A stretch of 64,000 nucleotides of DNA, from IMG/VR virus record IMGVR_UViG_3300045988_174402, one strand, 5' to 3'. Shown here in pieces: positions 25,457 to 36,467 of this stretch. The position numbers and the translations under genes were made by a program. This DNA comes from a virus. Under the pieces are notes generated by a model. That model searched no databases, was not told where the DNA came from, and was given only the letters and a program-made list of their open reading frames with translations. Every line of letters starts with the position of its first letter. Position 1 is the first letter of the stretch.

Positions 25457-26338
25457 TTATTTATTGCTTTTCTTCTTTTCCGTCTTTTCAACTTTTTCCT
25501 CAGCTTTATCTTCAGCCTTTTCCTCTACTGTTTCTTTTAAACTTAGTTTCTGAAGATCAGGGTATGTCTCTAATGTAATACCCTCGTAGATAGTTTTATT
25601 TGCAGGAATCTTCAAGAAGAGTAAGATAGATTCGTCAGTTGTACCTAGACGAACATCCCCATACATCCAAACTCCACTTTGAAGGTTAATAACACGTTGT
25701 TCTTTTGCATCAATAAGCAGCAGTTTAAGTGCTGTATCTGATCCTGTATAAAGGTCAATAACAACCATTGGATCTTTTTCCGCTCTTTGATATAAATAGT
25801 CCTGAACATCTGAGTCAGGAGCATTTCTCATTGATTTGCCAAGTAACCTTGTTTTGGTAAGTCTTCCTTTAGCAGAATCTTGTTCAATATAAGTGAACGC
25901 TTTTGTTACAAGCTTCATACGTTCGATACGTTTTTCAGATTCAACTCCAGGTCTTTCTACATAGAATTCAGCTTGACCATAACGTTTTGGACCTCCGTCA
26001 ATTAAAAGATTACCTTTTGAATCTTTAGAATCTCTTTCAGGTGCAATTAAGAATGAATCTTTAATGCAAGTCCAAATATTTCTTTCTAGAGGATTATCTA
26101 AATCAAACGTTTTACCATCATAAATCTCTATTCGTTCATCTTCCTTAATAAAGTAATTACTATCAGGACTATTAATTTCTGCTTCACTTAAGATCATTTC
26201 TGTATCTCCACTAGCGTCTACCTGACGAACTCTTTTTACAAAAGGATAGTTTGAACCATTTGCTTGTTTTAAAGGATTAATAAAGCAATGTGCTTTTTCC
26301 TTACCATATACATTTCTTAAAGTTACTATATTATTCAT
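25457..26338 (-). CDS. hypothetical capsid-associated protein (293 aa)
   Basis: Intact TGA-free ORF immediately downstream of the putative capsid gene. Confidence 0.7.
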   Translation of the reverse strand: MNNIVTLRNVYGKEKAHCFINPLKQANGSNYPFVKRVRQVDASGDTEMILSEAEINSPDSNYFIKEDERIEIYDGKTFDLDNPLERNIWTCIKDSFLIAPERDSKDSKGNLLIDGGPKRYGQAEFYVERPGVESEKRIERMKLVTKAFTYIEQDSAKGRLTKTRLLGKSMRNAPDSDVQDYLYQRAEKDPMVVIDLYTGSDTALKLLLIDAKEQRVINLQSGVWMYGDVRLGTTDESILLFLKIPANKTIYEGITLETYPDLQKLSLKETVEEKAEDKAEEKVEKTEKKKSNK

Positions 26339-26401
26339 ATTTATTCTTATTAAATTTATCTATACCAAATAATGATATCTAAGTTTTAAATATTTTGTAG
26401 A

Positions 26402-26419
26402 CTTCTCCCGAAGGAGAAG
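26402..26419 (-). other. stem-loop downstream of putative capsid gene
   Basis: Hairpin cttctcc-cgaa-ggagaag. It lacks a clean U-tract, so I do not call it a canonical terminator. Confidence 0.4.
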
Positions 26420-26449
26420 CCTACTAATATTCTATTCTATCTTTTTATA

Positions 26450-27859
26450 TTACTTTTCACTAACTAAGATAAAGCTACGATATGGGTTGAATACACCAAC
26501 ACCAGCATAACCCCAGTCAATAAGTTTAGTTGCAGCTACTGGGCTTGCAACAGGACCACTTTCACGTCCACTTCTACGACCAACACCCTCTAACCAGTTA
26601 TGGCAGAACTCATTGTTCTTGAATGTGAACATTGCAATAGCGGGTTTTCCACTAGCAGCATCAGCAGTCAGATCAAGGAAGATACCATATTTCTTCTCAG
26701 GGAATTCGATATCAAGAGCACGGTCAACTTTGAAAGTTACAGTATTACCTGCATACTCGTATGAGTTATAGGTTGCACCAACTTTGATATAATCATTAGC
26801 ACCCTTAGAGAACATGAATGTACCAACAGTCTTCCAGTCACGAAGATATCCTGACAGACTATCTTGAATTTCAGCCCACATAGGAGTATTGCAAATAAAG
26901 ATATATTTATTGCCAGTAGGATTATTTGATTTAGCGATCATGGCAAGGATAGCGGTATTCATAACTTTATTAGTCATCTTTGAATACACATATTTACCTG
27001 CGAAACGCTCAATCTGAGGAATAATACCATCGCCAGAGATAATAGGCTCACCTGTTTCAGGATCAAAGATCTTAGGTTTACCATTCTTATCTACGTTAGT
27101 CTTACCCCAAAGCAGTGCATTTGCACGAGCAGCCATGAAGTTATCAAGACAATCTTTTTCTGCAGCATTCATTTTGTAAACAGGATCACTTTCTGTTCCT
27201 TTACCAATCTGAATGAAAACGTCCTCCATTGCACGATACTTAGCAGTGTAGTCTACATCTGCACGGTGTGTTGCAATAAATGTACGATGCTTTTCAACAT
27301 TTGACTGATACTTAACGTATCCTTCCTCATGCATTTCAGGCTGATAGTTCGTTAAGAAACGAGTCTTCATACCTGGCTGGCAGAATTCAACATCAAGAGT
27401 AGCATTGTAATCTGAATCTTGTAGTTTACCTACAATCTCCCAGTCTCTATCTGATCTACGAACAGGACGTGACAGGAAGATAACTTGCTGACGTGATCCT
27501 TCGATGATCATTACGTCATTTCTCTGATAATAATTTTCAGGGAAGTGGAAGATGATATCAGTACCCTGAGCACCATCGCCATCAGGAACCTGTAGGAAAG
27601 GAATTCTCTTAATAAATCCTACATTAATGTCCCACTCTACCATAAATGAATTAATACTTTGGAAACTATTTTTCTTGTCTTTTTCCATTGTATATATATT
27701 CATCAGAGATTCAGTAAGGTACGATGCGGTATACTGCTCATAAAGTGATGATACAATACCAAGACGTGCAGGTTTTTCACCTAAAAATTTGTAAAAATCC
27801 TCATATGTACGAGTTGAACTCATCTGAGGACGTACTGTACTAAAACTAGAAATTCTCAT
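26450..27859 (-). CDS. putative major capsid protein (469 aa)
   Basis: Large intact ORF preceded by an acidic scaffold-like gene. All 7 Trp codons are TGG, and the region looks more G+C-rich. The call rests on position and size, not on a database search. Confidence 0.6.
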   Translation of the reverse strand: MRISSFSTVRPQMSSTRTYEDFYKFLGEKPARLGIVSSLYEQYTASYLTESLMNIYTMEKDKKNSFQSINSFMVEWDINVGFIKRIPFLQVPDGDGAQGTDIIFHFPENYYQRNDVMIIEGSRQQVIFLSRPVRRSDRDWEIVGKLQDSDYNATLDVEFCQPGMKTRFLTNYQPEMHEEGYVKYQSNVEKHRTFIATHRADVDYTAKYRAMEDVFIQIGKGTESDPVYKMNAAEKDCLDNFMAARANALLWGKTNVDKNGKPKIFDPETGEPIISGDGIIPQIERFAGKYVYSKMTNKVMNTAILAMIAKSNNPTGNKYIFICNTPMWAEIQDSLSGYLRDWKTVGTFMFSKGANDYIKVGATYNSYEYAGNTVTFKVDRALDIEFPEKKYGIFLDLTADAASGKPAIAMFTFKNNEFCHNWLEGVGRRSGRESGPVASPVAATKLIDWGYAGVGVFNPYRSFILVSEK

Positions 27860-27881
27860 ATTGTTTAATTTAATTGTTTAT

Positions 27882-28949
27882 TTATAATTCGTCATCTCAT
27901 AATGACGCGATTGATTTATCTGGATTTGATTTATTTTTCTCTTCATTAGTAGGTATTACAGTTGAAGGTTTAGGAGGCTCATTCTTAGGAGCTGCGGGCT
28001 TCCTAGTTTCCTTAATTAAACTCTTATAATACTGAGAAATACCTGAAATAGCATCTTTACCAAAGAGACGATACCAAGCAAGCTCTACAAGAACTTGTGG
28101 ATCATTTAAATCTTTAAAGAACTGGCTAGCTCCATTTTCATCTTGATCTAGAATATAACTAAAGATCTCTTGTTTATCGTGATCTTCAATTTGTAAACTA
28201 TCAGATTTTTCATCTTGATAGTCAAGAGAGATTTCATTGAAATTTACTAACTGTTCCTCAAGTGTTGATTTAAATGCGTTATACTGTTCCTCTTGAGCTC
28301 TTTGTGCATCTTCTACTGCTTTATCTTCTTGTGCTTTATATTGGTTTCGAATTGTCTCTACCTTTTTCTTAAATAAGTCTTCATTACTCTTTGCTAAGTC
28401 TAAATCTGCTTGAATTTCCTCTTCAGTCATACCTTCAAACTTAGATTTAAGATCGGCAATATACAATTCTTCATCAGAGTAATCATCTACAGAATAAGCT
28501 TTATTTACAGGACCATTTTGATTAATATAGTCTTGCACTGCTTTCTGAGAATAATATTCAATAACGTCCTGAATAGTTGCGTTATTATTTCTTAAATATT
28601 CAATTGTTTTAACTTCATCATCAGATAAATCAGGCTTAGCTAATTCATTTAGAATATTTAATTGTTCATCTCTATCCAACGAACTAAAGTCTACTTCTTG
28701 TTCATTACCTTCTTCATCTTGATAAAGTAAAGTTTTTCCATCTCTTAGTCCTCTACTTTTCAAGAACTCACTAAACACGTCTAAACCCTCGCCAGTATTT
28801 AGGTCAGGGTTTTCAGGAGGTTCTTGGTTAGTAGGACTAGGTTCAGGTTCTGGCTCACTATTAGTATTTTGATCTGTAATAGGAGTTTTGTCTGTTGGTT
28901 CTGGATCTTCTAATAGAAAATCCATGTGATTTTGTCCATCGATAATCAT
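27882..28949 (-). CDS. putative scaffolding protein, acidic (355 aa)
   Basis: Asp/Glu/Pro/Gln-rich and coiled-coil-like, located directly upstream of the capsid gene. The track ORF ends at TGA 27897, and the true stop is TAA at 27882-27884 (SIASL-W-DDEL). Confidence 0.55.
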
Positions 28950-29001
28950 AATTCTTATTTTTCCTTATTAATTGATTATTAATATGTTTATATATTCGCA
29001 G

Positions 29002-29009
29002 CAAATATA
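29002..29009 (-). promoter_or_regulatory. -7 box TATATTTG
   Basis: Minus-strand TATATTTG, 53 nt upstream of the ATG at 28949. Confidence 0.45.
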
Positions 29010-29049
29010 ATGTATTAATTTTTAATTTCCAAATAAAAAAGAATATTTT

Positions 29050-29352
29050 TTACTTTTTCTCTGAAAATAGATTAAATTTTCAATTAATTGCTTCTTTTCG
29101 AATATCTTTAACATATATTTCATCTATTGGTAGGTAGTTTGATATATTATCTACAATTCCATTAATATCATAATATACATTTTTAATTTTAGTAATAACA
29201 TGATCACAATTATAATATGCTTCTGCTTCTGGAAATATGTATTTTAATATTAAATATAATTGATAACAACTACCTTGAGTATAAACTTTTTCAGAGCCAA
29301 TAAAAGACTCTCTTATTAGTTGTATAACTTTTATTGGCTCTAGACTATACAT
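29050..29352 (-). CDS. hypothetical protein (100 aa)
   Basis: Track ORF 29080..29352 reads through TGA to TAA at 29050-29052. Confidence 0.6.
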
Positions 29353-29374
29353 AATTTACAAATATTTCTATTTA

Positions 29375-29701
29375 TTAACTTTGTATTGCCTCAACAAAGT
29401 CTAGAATATTATCAGTAATAGATCCAGCTTTATCAAGCTTATCAATAAGTGACTTTAAGAAATCAACTTCACTATCTGTAAATTCAACTGTTAAAAGTTC
29501 CTTTTCTGGTAACCAAACAATTTTGTTATCTTTATTCTCAATTTTCAATGCTTCTACTTCTTCACTTGAAAAATCAATCTTTTTTCTAACATTACGCTTT
29601 GAGATCATTTCAGTTACTGAACCTTGTTCAGGTAAATTCATAAGTAACATTAATCGTGTAGCTACATTTAAATCAATTTTTTTCATTTTAGTTTTATTCA
29701 T
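29375..29701 (-). CDS. hypothetical protein (108 aa)
   Basis: Intact ORF ending in TAA, with a promoter motif 28 nt upstream. Confidence 0.65.
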   Translation of the reverse strand: MNKTKMKKIDLNVATRLMLLMNLPEQGSVTEMISKRNVRKKIDFSSEEVEALKIENKDNKIVWLPEKELLTVEFTDSEVDFLKSLIDKLDKAGSITDNILDFVEAIQS

Positions 29702-29728
29702 ATTAGTTCATATTTTAGTTAATAATCG

Positions 29729-29736
29729 CAAAGTTA
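29729..29736 (-). promoter_or_regulatory. -7 box TAACTTTG
   Basis: Minus-strand TAACTTTG between the terminator at 29786-29815 and the ATG at 29701. Confidence 0.45.
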
Positions 29737-29785
29737 AAGATTATTTAATAAATAAACAAATTTTTATACAAATTATTGTATATAA

Positions 29786-29815
29786 ACAGAAAAGGAGTGA
29801 CATTTCTGCCACTCC
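29786..29815 (-). terminator. intrinsic terminator after gene 29823..30200
   Basis: Stem ggagtgaca/tgccactcc with one mismatch, followed by a T-run on the minus strand. Confidence 0.55.
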
Positions 29816-29822
29816 TCTCTAT

Positions 29823-30200
29823 CTATTCATTTAACATATCTTTTAGTTCAATTAAATCTTGATGACTTAAAACTAAGGCTCGATTTACCAAAGGTAAATT
29901 CATCTTTATTTTTCCGCTCTCGATTTCAAGTTCTCCTAGAAATCCACTATTGACTTTGAAAGGTTTAGTGTTAATTACATTATCAATCATTTCAGATAAT
30001 ATACCATTAACGTCAACCATACCATCTTTGTCAGCGATTTGTTTTAACATTCCTTCAACTTTATAAGCATTGTTGTCAATTACTCTAGTTATCAAAGGCT
30101 TAGCAAATGCCATCATTGGATTGCTTTGCGACAATGAAGTTAATTGTTTATCAACAAAATTATTAAGTCTAGTCATTATTACATCTACGTGCTGCGCCAT
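29823..30200 (-). CDS. hypothetical protein (125 aa)
   Basis: Intact ORF ending in TAG. Confidence 0.65.
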   Translation of the reverse strand: MAQHVDVIMTRLNNFVDKQLTSLSQSNPMMAFAKPLITRVIDNNAYKVEGMLKQIADKDGMVDVNGILSEMIDNVINTKPFKVNSGFLGELEIESGKIKMNLPLVNRALVLSHQDLIELKDMLNE

Positions 30201-30658
30201 TGTTTAATAAATTCTTCATAAGTTAAACCTGGGTTATCTTTAGAGAATTCGCGGAACTTTTTAAAGATAGCCATCTCATTATCTGTCTCTTCTACTATCT
30301 TGTTCTTTAACTTCTTAACTAATTTTAGCTGTCTTTGTAATAAGTCCTTACCCTCTGAATTACTTTCAATTTTGGCTTTTACTAAATTGAGTAATTCTAC
30401 TTGCACCATTTGTTGTAATGAAGCTGTAATTTCTGAATATTCTTGATCTTCAAAAAATCTAGCTTTTTGACTTTCTGTTAAAGAACTCATCTCTTTATCT
30501 ATATCATCTCATATTAAATCAGTCTGGAGAGTTCCCTTCTTCTGCAGTTGTGCTAGTTGGGCTTCATATTGTTTTAATATTTGCATCTGACTTGTAATAT
30601 CAGATTGAGATAATAGAGGGTCTGAATTACCTAGGAAAACTTGATTCACAGGATACAT
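30185..30658 (-). CDS. hypothetical coiled-coil protein (157 aa)
   Basis: Track ORF 30185..30490 extends upstream through one TGA to the ATG at 30656-30658 (MYPVNQVFLG), which is preceded by TAA. Confidence 0.55.
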
Positions 30659-30679
30659 CTTTTATTTTACTTTAAATTA

Positions 30680-31678
30680 CTAGGCCGCTGGTGTTGTAGT
30701 TGGCTCAAACAGAATACTGTTTGAATAACCTGCACAAGGACAAAGTGGATTATAAAGTGAACGTTGTACTGTATCAGTTCCTACTTCTACAGCAGCTACA
30801 CGGATAGGATAGAAAGTGTTATTAGCATAGTTAACAATCTTGTTGTCAGCACACATTCTACGTTCTGCTTCAAGACCTACCATACCAGCTACACTAGCAA
30901 TCTCCATCTTAGTAACTTTGCTTCTCCAAGGCTCTACAGCAGCATTAACAGCAGCTGCAGTTTCAAGTTTACCAATCCGATCAGCTAATACATCGAATTG
31001 ATCTCTTTGATTTTTATACAGCCCGAAGTCAGCGTCGATCTGGCTCTTGTAAAGTCCAAACATTTCACCATTAATAGTCTGACGATCGTTAAAACGAGCG
31101 TTTGCAGACAGTAAAGCAAAATCATAAAGAGCTTTCTGATTAGCTAACTCAGCATTGCAAGAGTGTTGCCAAGCTTGGAATGTCGTTGGACCACCAGTAA
31201 TAGCTTCAGCAGCTAAAGCACCAGCAGCTGCACTACCTGTATTTCCAAGTCCGAATAAACCTCTTCCGCTAAGAGCTAAAAGTCCTAATGCGGTTCCAGC
31301 AATACCTACAATATTTTCACATAAGGTCGTTAATCTTATGCAGTTCTCTTATGAACTTCTACATCTTTATATATACATGTAGTTAAGACTATATCTTCAT
31401 CCAATTTGGATGCTCCCCATTTCGCACTACTTAGTGCTACTCTCTTCCGAGATAGTCGTTGAACTTTCAAAGATATTTCTATCTAAGCTTAGCTGCTGAT
31501 TGTCCATTTCTGGAGTTTCCAGCAATTAAGGGAGTTTTGCATATAATATTACTATTATAAGGACCTAGTATATTAAGCCTAATCCAGTACCAGCTACACC
31601 TTTTGAAGCATATTCTTTTTCACCACAATTTTCGTATACATCTTTATGTACCATTTCTTTCTTTTCTACTACTTCCAT
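30680..31678 (-). CDS. intron-interrupted structural gene: exon 1 31581..31678, exon 2 30680..31319 (about 245 aa spliced)
   Basis: Exon 1 reads MEVVEKKEMVHKDVYENCGEKEYASKGVAGTG and then hits TAG just past the predicted splice site. The exon 2 frame is open from 31348 to TAG at 30680. The predicted junction GTG-F-ENIVGIAGTALGLL keeps the frame (98 nt + 640 nt). Confidence 0.6.
31320..31580 (-). ncRNA. group I intron (261 nt, no ORF)
   Basis: Minus-strand matches to the classical P/Q/R/S elements: aattgctggaaa (31516-31527), aatcagcagc (31492-31501), gttcaacgacta (31453-31464) and aagatatagtc (31387-31397). A U-G pair is possible at the 5' splice site (ctggatt/ggtcc), and the terminal nucleotide is G. 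The 54 nt at 31451-31504 are identical to 47749-47802. Confidence 0.75.
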
Positions 31679-31730
31679 AGTTCTATTATTTTTTAAATTA
31701 ATTAAATCTATTTATTGTAAGCTTACAGTA

Positions 31731-31738
31731 CAAAGATA
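31731..31738 (-). promoter_or_regulatory. -7 box TATCTTTG
   Basis: Minus-strand TATCTTTG, 53 nt upstream of the ATG at 31678. Confidence 0.45.
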
Positions 31739-31774
31739 TAGCCTAAATAATCTAAAACATAACGTTGCTATAAA

Positions 31775-31810
31775 ATAAAAAAATCCCCTTAAGTCTTTCA
31801 ACCTAAGAGG
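31775..31810 (-). terminator. intrinsic terminator after HTH gene
   Basis: 9-bp stem (cctcttagg/cttaagggg with two G-U pairs), followed by TTTTTTTATTTT on the minus strand. Confidence 0.55.
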
Positions 31811-31841
31811 ATTACAATTGTGAATAATTAGTAACTTGTTA

Positions 31842-32150
31842 CTAATTATTCTCTATAAATTTATCTAGATCTTTCTTATATCAAAACAATTCCTTAAATC
31901 CTATTTGTTTACGTCCTTTGGGAATCTTATTTGCTCTAACATAATTGTCAAAAGTAGCTCTACTAACTTTTAAGTACTTACAAGCTTGATATTTACTGAG
32001 TTTCTCGTTCTTATTAGTTATTTCAGAAAGATACTCAATTACTTCCTCACACTCTTCGGTACTAAGATTAGAATTACCAGTATCAATATCGTTAACAATC
32101 TTTAATAAAAGTTCCTTAATTAGTCGCATCATATCCGTATACTGCTCCAT
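31842..32150 (-). CDS. small helix-turn-helix DNA-binding protein (excisionase/AlpA-like HTH)
   Basis: The segment LSKYQACKYLKVSRATFDNYVRANKIPKGRK is HTH-like. The track ORF ends at TGA 31881, and the true stop is TAG at 31842-31844. The start overlaps the fibre gene end by 35 nt. Confidence 0.5.
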
Positions 32151-34218
32151 TAACTAATACTATACTAGAATTAATATAAGTTATACAATAACATTTATAA
32201 GTTCCACCTGTTAGACTTCCTAAATCTTTCATTTCAGTATAAATTGTATTGTTAAAAGAAATACTTGATGAAGCTGGAATAACAATAATTGCATCAGGAT
32301 TATTCTCTGAAACATATAAACTACTAACTTCATAAGAAGCTGCAGTTCCAACAAATATACCAGGTTGTCCTGGAGTAGTTACTGTTGCTAATTTCTTAGA
32401 AAAGACCTTATCTAAATTTAAATTAGCAGTTGCAGAACCAGTATAATTTGTAGACGACCCTCCTGCTGTAATGTTTAATGCGTAAGGGTTTGGAAGAGCG
32501 ATAGGAATGTCATTAACATTTGCTGGAGTGAACCCCAAAGCTGTCTTAACTGCAGTATCTCGTAAAAGAGTATAAGCAGTACCATCCTCTAGAGTATATA
32601 TAGCCATTTCAGCACCTCCAGATTCCGTATATCCTGTCTTAATTCCTCCTAAGATATTATCTTTGGCTACTGGTAATGTATATGAAGATCCAGGAGCACT
32701 ATTAGTAATAGTTAAAGTTCCATTAGCAAGTGTTAATCCTATACCAGTGCCATTTGCAATAGTTAGAGTTGTAGAACTATCACTTAAAGTTGTACTTCCG
32801 ACTTTAACTGGCCTCCAAGTATTTTCTGTAGAATAACCTTGATTAGTAACCCAACTTTCAGTTGCATATCCATTTAAAGAAGGTATTTTATCGTCAACTT
32901 GCTTTTTTGTATACACTTCTGTTGTAGTATAGTAGTTTCCTAAAGTTGTATTTAAATCAACAGTTTTGACATAACTACTTAAAGTAGCATTATTGACTTT
33001 ATTATTTAACTGAGTTGTAATAACTTTATTTTGTACAGGGTTTTCTGAAGTAGTACTTAAAGCTGAATCAACTGTAATAGCTTCTGGAATTTCTGGAAAA
33101 TCAGTAATTTGTGATACTGTATGTGTATGATTCTTAACTGCAAAAGATCCAACATTATAATTAGAATCTTTAATAGTTTTTCCATTAGTGCCACTAAATA
33201 ACACAATATTTGAATCAATTGAACTTGAAGGCCCTGTTATATCTCCCATGCCTGCTTGCGCTGCATCTGCAGGTCTATATCCTAAAGCATCAATAATATC
33301 TTGTTCGGTAGGATTTAGCTCAGATAGAGAAGTAGGAACTACAATATTTGCAACTCCCTCTTTTGAACCATTTCATGGATCAAGGAGATCGACCCCATTC
33401 TTTTGAATCTTCAAAACTTCAGGAGTTATAGAACCATTTGTTGTAATATTATTAATACGTAAAGTATTATTAGAAATCTTATTATCTAAACCATTTGTAA
33501 TAGTATCTACTTGTGATTTAGTATAATAATCAGATAAGTCAATATCTGTTGTTCCTATCTTTTCTCAAGCTCCTTCAACATAGATGTATTCATCATGTAC
33601 ATCAGTTCCTGTTCCAGACTTTTTTACTAAATAGATAATATTACTTTCTCCTACACTAGGAAGACTATTAACAATTGTAATCTGTAAATTAGCTAAGCTA
33701 TCAATAAGATCTTTTAATACTTTACCTTGTTTGGCAGATAAAGACTTTTCTGTTTCAGAACTTGTAAGATTATCAACAATAGAAGATTTAATTTGATTAC
33801 TAATTTCTGTATTTACGATATTAGTAATATTATTATTAATAGTAGTAATGCTATTATTAATAGTTTCTAAATCTGCATCTATACTTGTATTTAATGAATC
33901 AATGGCATCTTTTACTCCTCCAGATAATACTAAATTTACACTATCTTTAGTAGGAACTAAATCTGCATTGTTAATTTTATCTACAGCAATTGGTGCAGTT
34001 GTAAGTGAATTATTAAATTCTTCTTCAGTTCCTTTATAACCTCCTTCAACAGCTATTGTATAAGCATCTTTACCTTTTAAGGATAAAAGTCACTCATCAA
34101 GAGTTCCCTTATAACCTTGTTGTACAGCTAACTCATATGCAGATCTACCAGGAGCTCCAATTGAACCAGGGAATATAACCCACTTATTTTGCGTTTTATC
34201 AAAATATTTTACACTCAT
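32116..34218 (-). CDS. tail fibre protein (700 aa)
   Basis: ATG at 34216-34218. The N-terminal GAPGRSAYELAVQQGYKGTLDEWLLSLKGKDAYTIAVEGGYKGTEEEF repeat is typical of phage fibres. Internal TGA codons include 33565-33567. The C-terminal ~150 aa are paralogous to the next gene. Confidence 0.7.
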
Positions 34219-34236
34219 AATTATATATTTTTAAGA

Positions 34237-36381
34237 TTATGCATATACTGCACCGTTAACGGCAACCTTACCATTTGCCATATAACTCAAACAATAGATA
34301 TAATAAGTTCCACCAGCTAAATCTCCAAGACCATCCATCTTAATTGCATTAGAAGCATTAAAAAATATTTTGTTAGTACTTATAATAACAGCATCAGGGT
34401 TACTCTCAGAGAAACCATTTAAACTAGTAACTGTTCTAGTTAACGTATTACTGTAACTATATCCAGCGTTTATTGTAGTTGAGAGCTGAGTTCCAGTAAA
34501 ACTAGTAGTCGTTATTAAAGGTTTTGGTGTAGTTATTGAAACTGCAGATGAGCCTGTGTATGAAGTACCATTAATTGTTAATGCATAAGGATTAGGTAAT
34601 GCAATGGGAATTTCAGGTATATCACTAGTCTTTGCGGGTGTAAATCCTAAAGCAGATGTTACATTAGCTGAGGTTAATGAAATAGTTCCAGAAGATACTG
34701 AAATATTACTTCCAATTTTCACTCCACCAAGCACAGAAGCAGTAGCTGCAGGAATACTTGTTAAATATCCGTGACTAGTTACTCAATTTTGAGTAGCATA
34801 CCCTGATAAGGATGGGATAGTTGGTTTATTAGTTAAGTCATTATAAGATCCACTTGTAGCTACAGTAGCGAATGTTGGTTTACCTGTTACTCCAGACCAA
34901 GGTACACTAGTTGCACTTCCTGCTGTGAATTCTTTAAATTTAGTAGCAAAAGTAGATGCAGATTCGGATACGCAGAAGTACATAGGACCTCCTGAACCAA
35001 TCTGAACAACATCTCCTTCTTGTATAGTTAAACTCATTGCGGCAGATTGAGAATCTACTACAAACAGCCTTTCTAATGCAGCTGCAGGAATTTTTTCAAT
35101 AGGAATTTCTGGCAACCTATTAGCATCAATAGTTCCAGTAAGTTTTTCAGCATTAATAGTACTTATTGTTGTGTTTATAGTCACATTTTTAGATCCATTA
35201 AATGATTCTGTAGTAGAACCAGTGACATCTCCGTTTAAAAATATCTTTCTACCATACATTAATGTTTCTGCAGCTGATGTTTTAGAAGCATATGGTACAG
35301 TAAAGTCATCAGAGATTTTATTTCCAACAGTTACCTGTATATAATTCTCATTCCTACTAAGTATAGGTTTTGTTGCAAGATTTGTAGCTGTAGTAGCTGT
35401 AGTAGCTGTAGCTGCATTACCAGTTATATCAACTTGAGCAGGATGTACGTGATCAGAGCGTGAATAAGCATTATCTGTTCCAGGAGATGCTTGCCCTAAA
35501 GGTTTTGGATCCGTATTTGATGGCATAATAGCTGCAAAGCTTGATGTTTTTTCTCCCGTAGGTTTAATTATTCCAACATATCCAATCGTATTGAAAGTAT
35601 TAGCATCATTTATACCTGTGAATGAAAAATATATGTTAATATTATTAGTAGTGGCTTCTTTTTCTATTACATTAGCTGTAAATCTGGAAGTTGGATCCGT
35701 AGAATCAAATATTGTTAATGGTTTTTTAGAATTAAATGCCTCTAAAGCAGTATTATAATCCTCAACTGTTTGGGAATTAAGATCTATAGTAAGAGGCAGT
35801 ACATCGTTTTTATTTGCAGCATCAATATTTTCACGAGCTAGAGTTTTATTAGAATCAGAGAGTGTTTGCGTTCTATCATATCTTATTGTGCCAGTATCTA
35901 CAAATTGTGAATTTGTGCTATATATAATTCCTGTAGTAATACTTATTCTAATCAACTCTAATTGAGAACTAGAATTTATTTTAAAGAAATAATGGTTACT
36001 GGAATCATCATTACCTCTTACATATATAAGGCTAGTTTCTTTAACTAATAAAGCTGTAGCTTTTAAACGTTTAGTTTTTTCAGCAGCATCAGGAGAAGTA
36101 GTTGCATTAATATCTGATTGAGAAATAACATGGACGTTTCACCCCAAATTTTTAAATACTTGATCTTGTTTTTCAGTAGTTACTTCTTGAGGAAGTAAAG
36201 AAAGCGAATTAGCATCACATTGATATTCTTTCCCTCAAGTACAAATAGTTGGTCCTTCATCAATAAATGAGATATAAGCATCGAAAACCTTACGCTCTTC
36301 ACTACCTTCAGTAGTTTTTGCTCTCTCAGCTTCGTATGATGCTTTAGTTTTAAAATGTAAAAATTTTGTTTTATATGCCAT
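34237..36381 (-). CDS. tail fibre protein (714 aa)
   Basis: ATG at 36379-36381. Track ORFs 34783..35955 and 34237..34734 share a frame and are joined through TGA. The C-terminal module (IALPNPYAL...NPDAVII...GGTYYIYC...VNGAVY) is shared with gene 32116..34218. Confidence 0.7.
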
Positions 36382-36421
36382 AGCGTCTATATTTTATATA
36401 GCACCTATAATATTATAGGTT

Positions 36422-36456
36422 AAAAATAAAGGGAATAGGGAAATCCCTATCCCCTT
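36422..36456 (-). terminator. intrinsic terminator after fibre gene 36468..38069
   Basis: 13-bp stem aagggaataggga/tccctatcccctt, followed by a T-run on the minus strand. Confidence 0.7.
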
Positions 36457-36467
36457 ATTATCTTAAT

